Shown: positions 10,487 to 20,356 of the stretch, piece after piece
How positions within the stretch are numbered: position 1 is the stretch's first letter
Layout: each line of letters starts with the position of its first letter
Assembly: GCA_963719315.1 (NCBI GenBank)
Contig: CAVRBU010000003.1
Location: 96,001 to 160,000, forward strand
Length of the DNA stretch: 64,000 nt
Source of the DNA: an uncultured Planctomycetota bacterium
Lineage (GTDB): Bacteria; Planctomycetota; Planctomycetia; Pirellulales; Lacipirellulaceae
Direction of reading: 5' to 3'
Made by a program: the position numbers and the translations under genes
Notes under the pieces: generated by a model
Told to the model about the DNA's origin: nothing
Database searches by the model: none
What the model saw: the letters and a program-made list of their open reading frames with translations, nothing else

Positions 10487-11584
10487 ATGTCCTCAACGAT
10501 TCGTCGACGTGAGTTTTTGCAATTGGCGGCCGGAGCGGCGGCGGGCGTTGCGGGAATTACGGCGGCGCCCAGGATCCTCACGGCGAAGAAAACTAATTCG
10601 CCAATCATTCTGGGCGAAGGCGAGCACAAATACGAAGTGCTTCACAACTGGCCGCAGTTGCCCGCTCAATTCACCTGGCAAACCACGCACGACGTGGCCT
10701 TCGATAAGGCCGGCAATCTATACGTTATCCACCAGGGCGACGAAAAAAAGCCGGATCATCCGGCGATCTTCGTGTTCGATGCCGATGGGAAATACGTCCG
10801 TTCGTTCGGCCAGGAGTTTCAAGGCGGCGGGCATGGCCTCGAAGTTTACGAAGAGAACGGCAACGAATTCCTGTACATCGCGGCTTATCAGCAAGTGAAA
10901 AAGTTTGCCAAGCTCACGCTCCAGGGAGAAATGGTTTGGGAACGGCACGCACCAATGGAATCGGGCATTTATTTGAAGGGAGAGGACACTTCACACAAAT
11001 CGGGGAAAGCTCGGAACAAGTTCCAGCCGACGAATATCGCATTTCGGCAGGACGGGACCGGTTTTTACCTTGCCGATGGCTACGGCGCTTATGTGATCCA
11101 TGTCTACGATCACGACGCGAATTACCAATCAACTTTCGGTAAGCCGGGCAAAGCGGACGGCGAATTCGATCTGCCACATGGAGTGTGGACCGATACACGC
11201 TCGGGAAGAGAGCCGTCTGTCGTCGTGGCCGATCGTGTAAACGGCCGGCTCCAATGGTTCACGCCGGAAGGCAAGCATCTGGAAACGCTGGACGGTTTCC
11301 TTCTACCCGCGAACGTTGACACCTTCGGCGAACTGATGCTCGTGCCCGAGCTCGAATCGCGCGTGACGCTACTCGATGGAAAAAACAAGGTGGTTGCCCG
11401 ATTTGGCGACGATGCGGCGTGGCGCGAAAAAGTAGGAAAGCAAGGCATCCGCCAGCACCCCGAGCAATGGCCAGATGGCAAATTCATCCACCCACACGAC
11501 GCTTGCTTCGACGCCCAGGGCAATATCTTCGTCTGCGAGTGGGTAGCGACGGGGCGGGTTTCGAAGATGCGGAAGCTGAGCTAG
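10487..11584 (+). CDS. Tat-exported NHL-repeat beta-propeller protein (peptidylglycine lyase-like)
   Basis: RRREFL twin-Arg signal; YLADGYG, PHG, VADRVN, HPHDACFD. Confidence 0.75.
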   Translation: MSSTIRRREFLQLAAGAAAGVAGITAAPRILTAKKTNSPIILGEGEHKYEVLHNWPQLPAQFTWQTTHDVAFDKAGNLYVIHQGDEKKPDHPAIFVFDADGKYVRSFGQEFQGGGHGLEVYEENGNEFLYIAAYQQVKKFAKLTLQGEMVWERHAPMESGIYLKGEDTSHKSGKARNKFQPTNIAFRQDGTGFYLADGYGAYVIHVYDHDANYQSTFGKPGKADGEFDLPHGVWTDTRSGREPSVVVADRVNGRLQWFTPEGKHLETLDGFLLPANVDTFGELMLVPELESRVTLLDGKNKVVARFGDDAAWREKVGKQGIRQHPEQWPDGKFIHPHDACFDAQGNIFVCEWVATGRVSKMRKLS

Positions 11585-11619
11585 TGAGGCTTCCGAATTT
11601 CTACATATAGGATGCGATT

Positions 11620-12051
11620 GTGCCTGATGCCCCATCGGACGACGAATTAGAACGGATTCGCGCCGCCGTCGCCGGCGGCAGGAAGATCGAAGCGATCAAG
11701 CTGTATCGCGAATCGACCGGCGCGGGGTTGGCGGAAGCGAAACGGGCAGTCGAATCGCTGGAAGCTGGGCGCTCGATCGGCGGGAAGGCGATTGAATCCG
11801 CGTCCAACGAGGACATCGACCAAATTCAAGCCGCCGTGTTTGCCGGCGAGAAGATTAATGCGATCAAACTGTATCGTACTGTCACGGGAAAAGGCCTTAA
11901 GGAATCCAAACAGTTTATCGAAGCCTTGGAAGTGGAACTGAGGCGAACGGAGCCAACCCGATTCACCGCACCGGCGGCGAAGGGCTGTGGCGTCAGTGTT
12001 CTGTGCCTGCTGGTAGTCGCGGTCTTGGTAGCAAGACTCGTTTTGGCATAA
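11620..12051 (+). CDS. Protein with two ribosomal L7/L12 C-terminal-like domains and a C-terminal TM
   Basis: KIEAIKLYRESTGAGLAEAK and KINAIKLYRTVTGKGLKESK; hydrophobic tail. Confidence 0.7.
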   Translation: MPDAPSDDELERIRAAVAGGRKIEAIKLYRESTGAGLAEAKRAVESLEAGRSIGGKAIESASNEDIDQIQAAVFAGEKINAIKLYRTVTGKGLKESKQFIEALEVELRRTEPTRFTAPAAKGCGVSVLCLLVVAVLVARLVLA

Positions 12052-12099
12052 ATGTCGCAGGAACTTGCGTAGAACAGCGTTTTATTTCTCGTATTACAT

Positions 12100-13423
12100 C
12101 AGTAGTGTCCCAACGTTTTCTCGTGGTTTGATTGTAAGTTGTTAATTGTTTCTAGTTTACGGAAGACCATGACCTGCTTCGATTTGAAATTGCCTTGGCC
12201 GATAATTTCCGATTTCCGGGATTTCGGAGGGGAATCGGTCTATGCACGCAGGCAAGTTGGTGTTCTCGCAGTTGATGGACTTTGTTCCGTGGCGCCGTTT
12301 CGAGACGTGCGTCCGTCGCTACGACGGCGATCACAAGATCAAAACGTTTCCCTGCGGCGAACATCTGCGGGTGATGGCCTTCGCGCAACTTACCTACCGG
12401 GAAAGCTTGCGCGATGTCGAAACCTGTCTGCGGGCCGTGCAGACCAAGTGGTATCACAGGGGGATTCGCGGCGGCGTCTCGCGGAACAATCTGTCGAACG
12501 CGAATCGAGTGCGCGACTGGCGGATCTACGCCGACTTCGCTCAGATTCTGATCGGAGAAGCCCGCGCCTGTACGCCGCGGAAGACTTGGGCATCGACTTG
12601 GATGCCACCGTCTACGCGCTCGACGCCTCCACGATCGACTTGTGCCTGTCGCTGTTCCCTTGGGCCCGGTTTCGCCGGACCAAGGGGGCCGTCAAACTGC
12701 ACACGCTGCTCAATCTTCATGGCAACATCCCCGAATTTATCCTGATTTCCGACGGAAAACTGCACGATGTGAACGTATTGGATTACCTGGTTCCATCACC
12801 AGGCGCATACTACGTCATGGACCGCGGGTATCTCGACTTTGCTCGTCTGTACCAACTTCACCAAGCGAAAGCGTATTTCGTCACCCGAGCCAAGAAGAAT
12901 TTTACGTTTCAGCGACGTTACTCCCGGGAGGTCGACAGAACGACTGGCGTGCAGTGCGACCAGACGGTGGTCTTGGAAACGTTTTACTCTTTTCAAGGGT
13001 ACCCCGAACCGTTGCGTCGCATTCGTTACTACGACCAGTCGCTCGGCAAGCGTCTGGTGTTTCTGACCAACGACTTCGAGTTGCCGGCGACGACGATCGC
13101 GGCGCTGTACAAGTCCCGTTGGCAGATCGAGTTGGTTTTCAAATGGATCAAACAACACCTGCGGATCAAGTCGTTCTATGGCACGAACCAGAACGCCGTG
13201 AAGGCTCAAATCTGGATCGCCGTTTCGGTCTACTTGCTCGTGGCCATCGCCAAAAAACGCCTCGGCATCGAAATGTCGCTTTACACAATTCTACAGATTC
13301 TCAGCGTCTCGATTTTCGAGAAAACCCCCTTGGTCGAGCTGTTTTCGCAATCCAACTACAAAATCCTACTACCCCATTCTCCTAACCAGTTGTCGCTATT
13401 CGACTAACGTTGGGACACTACTG
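12100..13423 (+). mobile_element. IS4-family insertion sequence
   Basis: 18-bp IR CAGTAGTGTCCCAACGTT / AACGTTGGGACACTACTG; 9-bp target duplication GTATTACAT (12091-12099, 13424-13432). Confidence 0.93.
12242..13407 (+). CDS. IS4 transposase (DUF4372 + DDE), frameshift near 12565
   Basis: AFAQLTYRESLRD, LDASTI, VMDRGY, YKSRWQIELVFKWIKQ. Confidence 0.85.
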
Positions 13424-13434
13424 GTATTACATCA

Positions 13435-13773
13435 ATGAGTAGCACAAACCTCGCAGTGCTGGTGACCATCGCCTTCAGCGTACTGGGCGTTGTCGGCGAT
13501 TACTTCTTGAAGCTGGCCAGCGGGAAGGAATACTCGCTCAAGGCTGTTGAGTTTTATGCTGGATTCATCATTTATGCTTCGACGGCATTCGGTTGGGTGT
13601 TCGTGATGAAGCATCTTAAGCTAGCGACCGTCGGTGTGGTGTACTGCATGTCGATGGTGCTGATGCTCGCGACGATTGGGGTGGTGGCGTTCAAGGAGTC
13701 GCTGAACTGCTATGAAATTGCCGGTATCGCGATGGCGATAGCGTCGCTGGTGTTGTTGGTACGGTTCAGTTGA
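13435..13773 (+). CDS. SMR/DMT-family small membrane transporter
   Basis: 112 aa, four hydrophobic helices, FKESL motif. Confidence 0.7.
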   Translation: MSSTNLAVLVTIAFSVLGVVGDYFLKLASGKEYSLKAVEFYAGFIIYASTAFGWVFVMKHLKLATVGVVYCMSMVLMLATIGVVAFKESLNCYEIAGIAMAIASLVLLVRFS

Positions 13774-13883
13774 CCGGGCAGTCGAGTTTTGCGCCAAATC
13801 CTTCTGATTGAATGGCAGGGGAAGGCGCAAAAGTCGTGAAGAAATTGAGTAGCAATTCGATCTCCATCTGCCGCAGGCAGAAA

Positions 13884-15068
13884 TTAGTCCGCAATAAGCG
13901 TCTTGCGAAATGCCCGCGGCGTCGTGCCGAAGGATTTGCGGAAGGCGACGCCAAAGCGGGTGGCGTTCGAGAAGCCGCAAGCGAGCGCGATTTCGGTGAT
14001 GGACAACTCGCGGCGGCCCAAGAGCTGCTTGCCGCGTTCGAGTCGGACGCGGCGAATCTCCTCGGCCGGCGAGCGACCTAGGTACGAGCGGAATTGAATT
14101 TCGAGGCTGCGCCGGGAAATCGGCACCTCCCGCAGAATATCTTCGACGACGATGCCGTGGTGGGCGTGGGTGCGGATGTACCGCAGCGCGCGGACGACGG
14201 CCGGGTCGTCGATGGCCAGCACGTCGGTCGATTGGCGGCTGACCACTCCATGCGGCGCGATGAGTACGGCCTCATCGGGCGGACCCGAGCCGGACATCAT
14301 TTGATACAACATCGCGGCCGCGTCGTGGCCCAAGCGCTCGCAGGCGACCGAGATGCTGGAGAGGGGCGGCGTGGATACTTCGCACAAAAGTTCGTCGGTG
14401 TCGCCGGCCAGAATCGCAATGTCGTCGGGAATCCGCACACCGGCGAAATGACAAATCTCGGCGAGTTGCCGCGCGTTGTGCGCATCGACGGCGAGAATCG
14501 CGATCGGCCTGGGCAGCGCGGCCAGCCAGCGACTTACGCGGCGCTGCTGCTCTTCCCAACCGATCTTGCGACCGGCGCGATAGCCAGGCAGATACTCGTG
14601 GCATTCGTAATTCAACTCGCCGACGGCGCGGATGAACGCATCGCCGCGGTTCTTGGAGTAGCGATTGCTGGGCGGCGCGAAGTACGCGAACTTTCGGAAG
14701 CCGCGCGCAACAAAGTGCTCTAGCGCCAGTCGGGCTCGTTCGACCTCATCGGTAATTACCGTGCCTACATTGCGAAGGCCTTCGTACACATCATCCACAT
14801 TCACTACCGGCAAACCCTTTTCGCGAATCTGCTGCCACTGTGTGCGATTCGTGATGCGGGCAATGACGCCATCGCCGTGCCAGCCTTCAGGTATCGCAGA
14901 GCGTTGCTCGTGATCGCGGGGATCGATCAGCAAATGCCAATGAGTGTGCTTCTCCGCAAAGTGGGCGATGCCGCGGATCACGCGACCGCCCCAGCTCGTT
15001 TCCGTTTCAATGAGTACGGCAACGTGCTGAACTTGAAATTGCCCGTCGATATTTGCCGGATGAGCCAT
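13884..15068 (-). CDS. XylR-type regulator (LacI-like sugar-binding domain + AraC HTH)
   Basis: GDGVIA, IPDDIAIL, PPLSSI, RQSTD, C-terminal ISRRSLE / IALACGFS. Confidence 0.88.
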   Translation of the reverse strand: MAHPANIDGQFQVQHVAVLIETETSWGGRVIRGIAHFAEKHTHWHLLIDPRDHEQRSAIPEGWHGDGVIARITNRTQWQQIREKGLPVVNVDDVYEGLRNVGTVITDEVERARLALEHFVARGFRKFAYFAPPSNRYSKNRGDAFIRAVGELNYECHEYLPGYRAGRKIGWEEQQRRVSRWLAALPRPIAILAVDAHNARQLAEICHFAGVRIPDDIAILAGDTDELLCEVSTPPLSSISVACERLGHDAAAMLYQMMSGSGPPDEAVLIAPHGVVSRQSTDVLAIDDPAVVRALRYIRTHAHHGIVVEDILREVPISRRSLEIQFRSYLGRSPAEEIRRVRLERGKQLLGRRELSITEIALACGFSNATRFGVAFRKSFGTTPRAFRKTLIAD

Positions 15069-15177
15069 GAACAATGCGTCGGAAAAGTGCAAAAAAACCG
15101 GGAGGTGGACAGGTAGCCGTCCCTAGCGTTAGTATTTATCCATCTCGTTTGATTTTACCAAGGAATTCACGATTCCG

Positions 15178-15193
15178 TGCGCAAAAAAGAGAC
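15178..15193 (+). promoter_or_regulatory. Candidate operator TGCGCAAAAAAGAGAC (regulator/anmK intergenic)
   Basis: 14/16 match to 20209-20224. Confidence 0.5.
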
Positions 15194-15356
15194 ATAGCGG
15201 GTGAGTATTTCTCGCTCTATCGATCGGAAATGGGGTGGGTCGAGGCGGTTGGAGAGTTCGGCAGGGTTCTAGAGGCGGCCCTTTCGAACCGATTGGAGGG
15301 CGGGAAAGCCTGCTCTAATTGGACGAAGCCGCGTTGTATGCGTGCACCGCAAATGA

Positions 15357-16451
15357 TTGGCGGATCGAACGGTGGCGAAAAAACAACTTCAAAAAGTTCT
15401 GGGGCTGATGAGCGGCACGTCGGCCGATGGCGCCGATGTGGCTCTTATCGCGACCGACGGTGAAGACGCGATCGAGTTCTTCGGCGGCCTGACGTTGCCC
15501 TACGATCGCGAGTTGCGCGCTCGCGTTCTCGAAGCTTCGCAACACGATGTGCCGCTTTTGGAACTCGCTCGGGTGGAGCGCGATATTACGCTGCATCACG
15601 CCGAAGCGGTGGCCGAGCTCCTGCGAACGTTGCCACGCGAGTCCGAGGGCACCGATCTGATCGGGTTTCATGGTCACACGGTTCGGCACATCGCGAGTGA
15701 GCAGATCTGCTGGCAAATCAGCAACCCCTGGCTGCTCGCCGAAAAAACTGGCATGCGAGTCGTGAGCGACTTTCGTCGCCACGACGTCGCGGTCGGCGGC
15801 CAAGGAGCACCCTTGGTTGGAATGTTTCATCGAGCGCTCTTCGCCAATGAGCCGCGGCCAACGGTAATCTTGAACTTGGGCGGCGTGGCGAACATTACGT
15901 GGTTGGGCGAAAAGGAAGAAATCATCGCCGGCGACACCGGGCCAGGCTGCGGGCTGCTCGACGAATGGGTTCAAGAAATGTCCGGCCAGTCGCACGACAA
16001 GGATGGTCGGCTGGCGAAACAAGGAAAGGTCAACGACGGTCTCGTGGCCGCCGTGCTAGCGACGCCCTTTTTTTCCAAGCCGCTGCCGCGGTCGGCCGAC
16101 CGCTTTGACTTCGATCACGTGGACGTTTCCGGAATGAGCGTGGAGGACGGTGCCGCGACGTTGTGTGCAGTGACAGTCCGGGCCGTCGTGAAGGCGGTAA
16201 AGCAGATGCCGAAACCGCCGGCCTCGGTGTGGGTCACGGGGGGCGGCGTGCATCACCCGGTCATCATGCGGATGCTGACCGAGAGTTTTGGGAATGTGCA
16301 AAACGTCCGCCAAATGGGCCTCAACCCCGATACGCTTGAGGCCGAGTGCTTCGCGTGGCTGGCCGTCCGACACACCAAGGGTTTGCCGCTGACGATTCCG
16401 GAAACCACCGGCTGCCGCAGAGCGGTTTGTGGCGGGGTAGTTACTTGCTAA
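15357..16451 (+). CDS. anmK: Anhydro-N-acetylmuramic acid kinase
   Basis: GLMSGTSADG, GFHGHT, DFRRHD, GGQGAPL, NLGGVANIT, DTGPG, EAECFAWLA. Confidence 0.93.
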   Translation: MADRTVAKKQLQKVLGLMSGTSADGADVALIATDGEDAIEFFGGLTLPYDRELRARVLEASQHDVPLLELARVERDITLHHAEAVAELLRTLPRESEGTDLIGFHGHTVRHIASEQICWQISNPWLLAEKTGMRVVSDFRRHDVAVGGQGAPLVGMFHRALFANEPRPTVILNLGGVANITWLGEKEEIIAGDTGPGCGLLDEWVQEMSGQSHDKDGRLAKQGKVNDGLVAAVLATPFFSKPLPRSADRFDFDHVDVSGMSVEDGAATLCAVTVRAVVKAVKQMPKPPASVWVTGGGVHHPVIMRMLTESFGNVQNVRQMGLNPDTLEAECFAWLAVRHTKGLPLTIPETTGCRRAVCGGVVTC

Positions 16452-16520
16452 AGCAATTCTAGGCACTGCCTTCGGTGCGAGTGGCGCTTCGCATAGTTCT
16501 CGGTTTAGTCGTTGTTCGTA

Positions 16521-16600
16521 GGGTTCAGGGTTCAGGGAAGGTGTCGGGTGTCAGGGTTCAGGGTTCAGTTCTGGCTCTCGACCCTAGACCTTCGACCCTA
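16521..16600. repeat. Heptamer tandem repeats (GGGTTCA; TCGACCC-like) between convergent genes
   Basis: GGGTTCAGGGTTCAGGG...CAGGGTTCAGGGTTCAG, CTCGACCCTAGACCTTCGACCCTAG. Confidence 0.65.
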
Positions 16601-17983
16601 GTCCCTCTTCTGCAACACTCCGTCAATCCAAACTTCCGTCCCCGCCGCTAATTTGAATTTCGTGCCGCCGCCCGGATAGACGACCGGTACAGAGGCCCCG
16701 CCCCAACTCGGCGGGTAGACGCGGAACACGTTGCCGTTGCCCGACCACTTGTCGAGCGCCGATTCGCTGAGATCAAGCATCGTTCCGCCCGTGCCGCCGC
16801 CAGAACATTCGATTTGAGTCTGCTTGACGGCCTCCGCGACTTTCACGGCGATACCTTGTGGGTTCGTTCCCCAGCCGGCGTCTACTTTAATGCGGTTGCG
16901 GGTGCCTCGGACGATGATGCCGATGGCTCCGGTACTGACTAGAATCTGCCCCTCCACGTTGACGTTCGACCGCAGCGTCGTCAGCTCTACGCCAGCGATA
17001 TCCGTGTTGCCCTCCTTTACGCCGGCCGTCTGGCCCCGCAGGCCCGTGATATCGACACTGTTGCTTTCGATCAGCAGGCCGCGATACCAGCAAGTGCCCG
17101 GCCCGAAATCGAGTCCGTCGATCCGTGTGAATTGCGAGCCGGCCAGAATGTGCGTGCCAACCCGAGCCGCCTCGAAATAGCAATCGTTGACGACCACGGC
17201 CGTACTAATTACGCAACTGCGGGTTGCCCCATAGACGTGACAGTCGGTGACGTGCGTACCCGGCCCGCTGAGAATCAGGCCGTCTTTGACCACGCCCGTG
17301 ATATTGATGTGCGCCAGCCGCGAATCGCCGACGCTGTTGTCGATTCCGTTGATGGCCTGACTGATCGTGATGTAATCGAGCCGGGGCTTGAAGCCGTCGA
17401 AGATGCTGGGCGCACCTGACTGCCCACTCATGTTCGCCCCCCGCAGCACGATGGCCGTTCCGGGAATCTGGAACAGCCGCAAGTGGTCGCCACTGAACCC
17501 GGCGGCCTGGATACACAGCCCATCCGCCCGCCAGACGAAGTGCTGGCCATGCGCGCCGCTGACGGCGTAAGGGTAGGAACGGAAGTCCGCCTGGCCGTCC
17601 ACGGCGAAGCCGGAGAAGCACGGCCGCAGCACGCTGCGGAGCGTCAGGTCGCCGTCGCGGTTGTTATTGTTCCACCAGCCGCCGACGTGGCCTTCGCCGT
17701 AGCCTTCCGTCTTGATGAGCTGACCCGTAACGCTAGCCGCGAATCGCAACACGCTTTGCGTGTCTCCCTTGCCGACGAGCGTGCCGGCCGGAATCTGCGG
17801 CTCCGTTGCTTGAAACGGCGGCGGCACGCTCTCGCCCGAGTGCTGCGGGATGACGACCGTGGCCGAGTAGTTCTTGACGCCGGCCGGCAAGTCCGTCGCG
17901 AGGCAGGCGGACGAGCACAAATAGAACGGGGCCAATGAACAATAAACTATGAACAATGAACAACTAGATACACGATTCAACAT
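16598..17983 (-). CDS. Exported hypothetical protein, probable right-handed beta-helix
   Basis: Signal-like N-terminus; Gly/Ile/Val/Asn-rich repeating strands (HVTDCHVYG, VVNDCYFE). Confidence 0.55.
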   Translation of the reverse strand: MLNRVSSCSLFIVYCSLAPFYLCSSACLATDLPAGVKNYSATVVIPQHSGESVPPPFQATEPQIPAGTLVGKGDTQSVLRFAASVTGQLIKTEGYGEGHVGGWWNNNNRDGDLTLRSVLRPCFSGFAVDGQADFRSYPYAVSGAHGQHFVWRADGLCIQAAGFSGDHLRLFQIPGTAIVLRGANMSGQSGAPSIFDGFKPRLDYITISQAINGIDNSVGDSRLAHINITGVVKDGLILSGPGTHVTDCHVYGATRSCVISTAVVVNDCYFEAARVGTHILAGSQFTRIDGLDFGPGTCWYRGLLIESNSVDITGLRGQTAGVKEGNTDIAGVELTTLRSNVNVEGQILVSTGAIGIIVRGTRNRIKVDAGWGTNPQGIAVKVAEAVKQTQIECSGGGTGGTMLDLSESALDKWSGNGNVFRVYPPSWGGASVPVVYPGGGTKFKLAAGTEVWIDGVLQKRD

Positions 17984-18178
17984 GACAGTCAAAAGGCGAG
18001 TTACAGCTGGCGTCGGTTGAACCCGTTCCGGCTTCGTCGCCGTCGAAGATAAGTATGATCGAACGTGCCGCGGTAGTCATTCGACGCGTTGAAAACAGCG
18101 GGTGTGGCGGCAATCGCCAGGCCAATTCCTTCGCATCGCTCGTGTGCGCGGTCGAAAGCAGGTCTCAGGGAAACTCCA

Positions 18179-19187
18179 CTATGTAGTGTGCCACGTCACG
18201 AGCACATCCGCAAATCTCGGCTCCGCTAGTCGGATGCAGCCCGCAAGCGGTTCTGGAACTTTGTGAACGGAGCATTGGAGCCCCAGCAATTCTAGTTCCG
18301 CATGAAGCCCATCCTGTAACTTCTTTGAGTTCATCAACACGCCGCCGGCTAGAGCGAGCGGAAATCCGGAATCCGCCACACCGATGGCTTGTGCCGTGCG
18401 CGATGCGAGTTGGGCGAGTTCGGCCGCCGCCTCGGCGAGAATCTGGCAGGCATCCGGGTCACCATCATCGGCGGCCGAGGATACGAGCGTGGCCAGGCCA
18501 GCGATGGCGTGCCGAGGGTCGGCGCTGCCGTAGATATTGCGGGTCAATTCCGTGACGCTTTTCACATCGAGGGTTCTACGGACAACATCAGCAAGCCCTT
18601 GGCCTGGGTTGCCGGTTTCGATGCCCCGCAGCGTATGCTGCAGCGCGGCGCGGCCGATCGAGAAGCCGCTGCCTTCGTCGCCCAACAGGTATCCCCAGCC
18701 GCCACAGCGCTTCGAGCGCCCATCGGCGGCGCAGTCCAAAGGCGGAGGAACCGGTGCCGGAAATCAGGGCCACGCCGCAGCAATCGGGCGCGCCCGCCGC
18801 AAGTATCGGAAGAACGTCGAAAACGATTGCTACCCGCTCGGCGAGACCGATTGAGAGAGCCCAGGCGATGAACCGCTCGGCCATATCGCGGTTGGCGGCG
18901 CCCGCGATCGAAAGTACGGCACGACTTACAATCGCGTCGTCGGCAAGTTTTGCTTGCTGTCGCGCCAATGCGAGTGCGTCGCCGATGGCTTGTGTGGCTT
19001 TGTCGAAACCGACGCTCAGCGGGTTGCCGGCCGAAGTGCGAGCCTGCCCCAGGATCTGATACGAATCGGCGTCGAGCGACTCGACGAGCCAGGCTGCCGA
19101 CTTCGTGCCGCCCGTATCGACGGCCAGGATCAGATCGCGGCGGCGCGATTCAGGACTGTTATTCGCGACATCGCGGGCTGATGCCAT
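18179..19187 (-). CDS. BadF/BadG/BcrA/BcrD-type N-acetyl-amino-sugar kinase (MurK/NagK-like), frameshift near 18735
   Basis: VDTGGTKS, LISGTGS, GGWGYLLGDEGSG, LAGGV; directly downstream of murQ. Confidence 0.82.
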
Positions 19188-19194
19188 GGGATAT

Positions 19195-20112
19195 TCAACT
19201 TGCATCCCCATTGTTGACCGAACGGTCTTCGAGCGCTTTGCGCAAATGCCCATGCGACGCCGAGAGTAACTGGCGGGCTTCTGCCGCCGAGACACCTCGG
19301 TCGTGCCGCACGATGGCCGTTTTTACTTCACCGCTGCATTCGGCGAGCAACCGCTCGGAATCAGCCGGCGAAAGCTTCGTGATTTCCCGCACAATGCGGC
19401 GCGCACGATCGGCGAGCTTCGTATTCGTTGCCCGCAGATCGACCATCAGGTTGCGATAGGTTTTGCCGAGGCGAACCATCGCGCCGGTGCTCAGCATGTT
19501 GAGCACCATTTTCGTGGCCGTGCCGGCTTTCAACCGCGTGGAACCGCTCACCACCTCGGGCCCTACGACCACGGCAATACTGATATCGCAACACGACGCG
19601 AGCTTCGAATCGCGGTTGCAACTCACACCAATCGTAAACGTGCCGATGCTCCGAGCGTACTCCAAGCCGCCGAGAACGTAGGGAGTTCGGCCGCTCGTGG
19701 CAATCCCGACCAGCACGTCACCATCGGTGAGTCGGACATTCTTGAGATCGTCTGCCGCCAGTTCCCGCCGATCTTCGGCGCCTTCGACGGCCGTCGTCAG
19801 GGCAGCGTATCCGCCGGCGATGACGCCGACGACTTGCGATGGATGCGTGTTAAACGTGGGCGGGCATTCGACGGCGTCCAGCACGCCGAGCCGGCCGGAA
19901 GTACCGGCGCCGGCATAAATCAATCGACCACCGCGGGCCAAGCGTTCCGCAATGGCATCGATGGCTCGAGCAATCGCCTCGGATTGTTCGGCCACGGCCG
20001 CGGCAACCTTGGCATCTTCGGAATTAATGAGCCGCACGATTTCCAGCGCGGTCAATCCATCCAATTCTTCTGAAGCAGGGTTGCGTGCTTCCGTCGTAAG
20101 ATGATCGAGCAT
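19195..20112 (-). CDS. murQ: N-acetylmuramic acid 6-phosphate etherase
   Basis: [53 protein letters not shown]. Confidence 0.96.
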   Translation of the reverse strand: MLDHLTTEARNPASEELDGLTALEIVRLINSEDAKVAAAVAEQSEAIARAIDAIAERLARGGRLIYAGAGTSGRLGVLDAVECPPTFNTHPSQVVGVIAGGYAALTTAVEGAEDRRELAADDLKNVRLTDGDVLVGIATSGRTPYVLGGLEYARSIGTFTIGVSCNRDSKLASCCDISIAVVVGPEVVSGSTRLKAGTATKMVLNMLSTGAMVRLGKTYRNLMVDLRATNTKLADRARRIVREITKLSPADSERLLAECSGEVKTAIVRHDRGVSAAEARQLLSASHGHLRKALEDRSVNNGDAS

Positions 20113-20208
20113 GAATGACCGGCACCTAGAAAACGAAGAGAAATGCCTAATTGTGTTCCGCTTACCCTTTGCATTTTAGACAGAGATAGCCGACAACAGT
20201 AGACAAGC

Positions 20209-20224
20209 TGCGCAAAATAGATAC
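20209..20224 (+). promoter_or_regulatory. Candidate operator TGCGCAAAATAGATAC (murQ/symporter intergenic)
   Basis: 14/16 match to 15178-15193; second TGCGC 21 bp downstream at 20230. Confidence 0.5.
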
Positions 20225-20356
20225 TGAAGTGCGCGGGCTGGCCTTATTGGCGTCCGCCTGTCCACTTATCGTGAACGAGTCGCCGGAGCATGCTGCGGTA
20301 ATTGCGCGAAAACGGGCGTTTATTTCGCAGAGTCGAGGTATTGGTTCCAACTCTCG

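Noticed and set aside
11620..12051. rplL (true ribosomal L7/L12)
   Set aside because: Duplicated C-terminal-like domain with a membrane tail, lacking the N-terminal dimerisation domain and rplJ/rpoB context.
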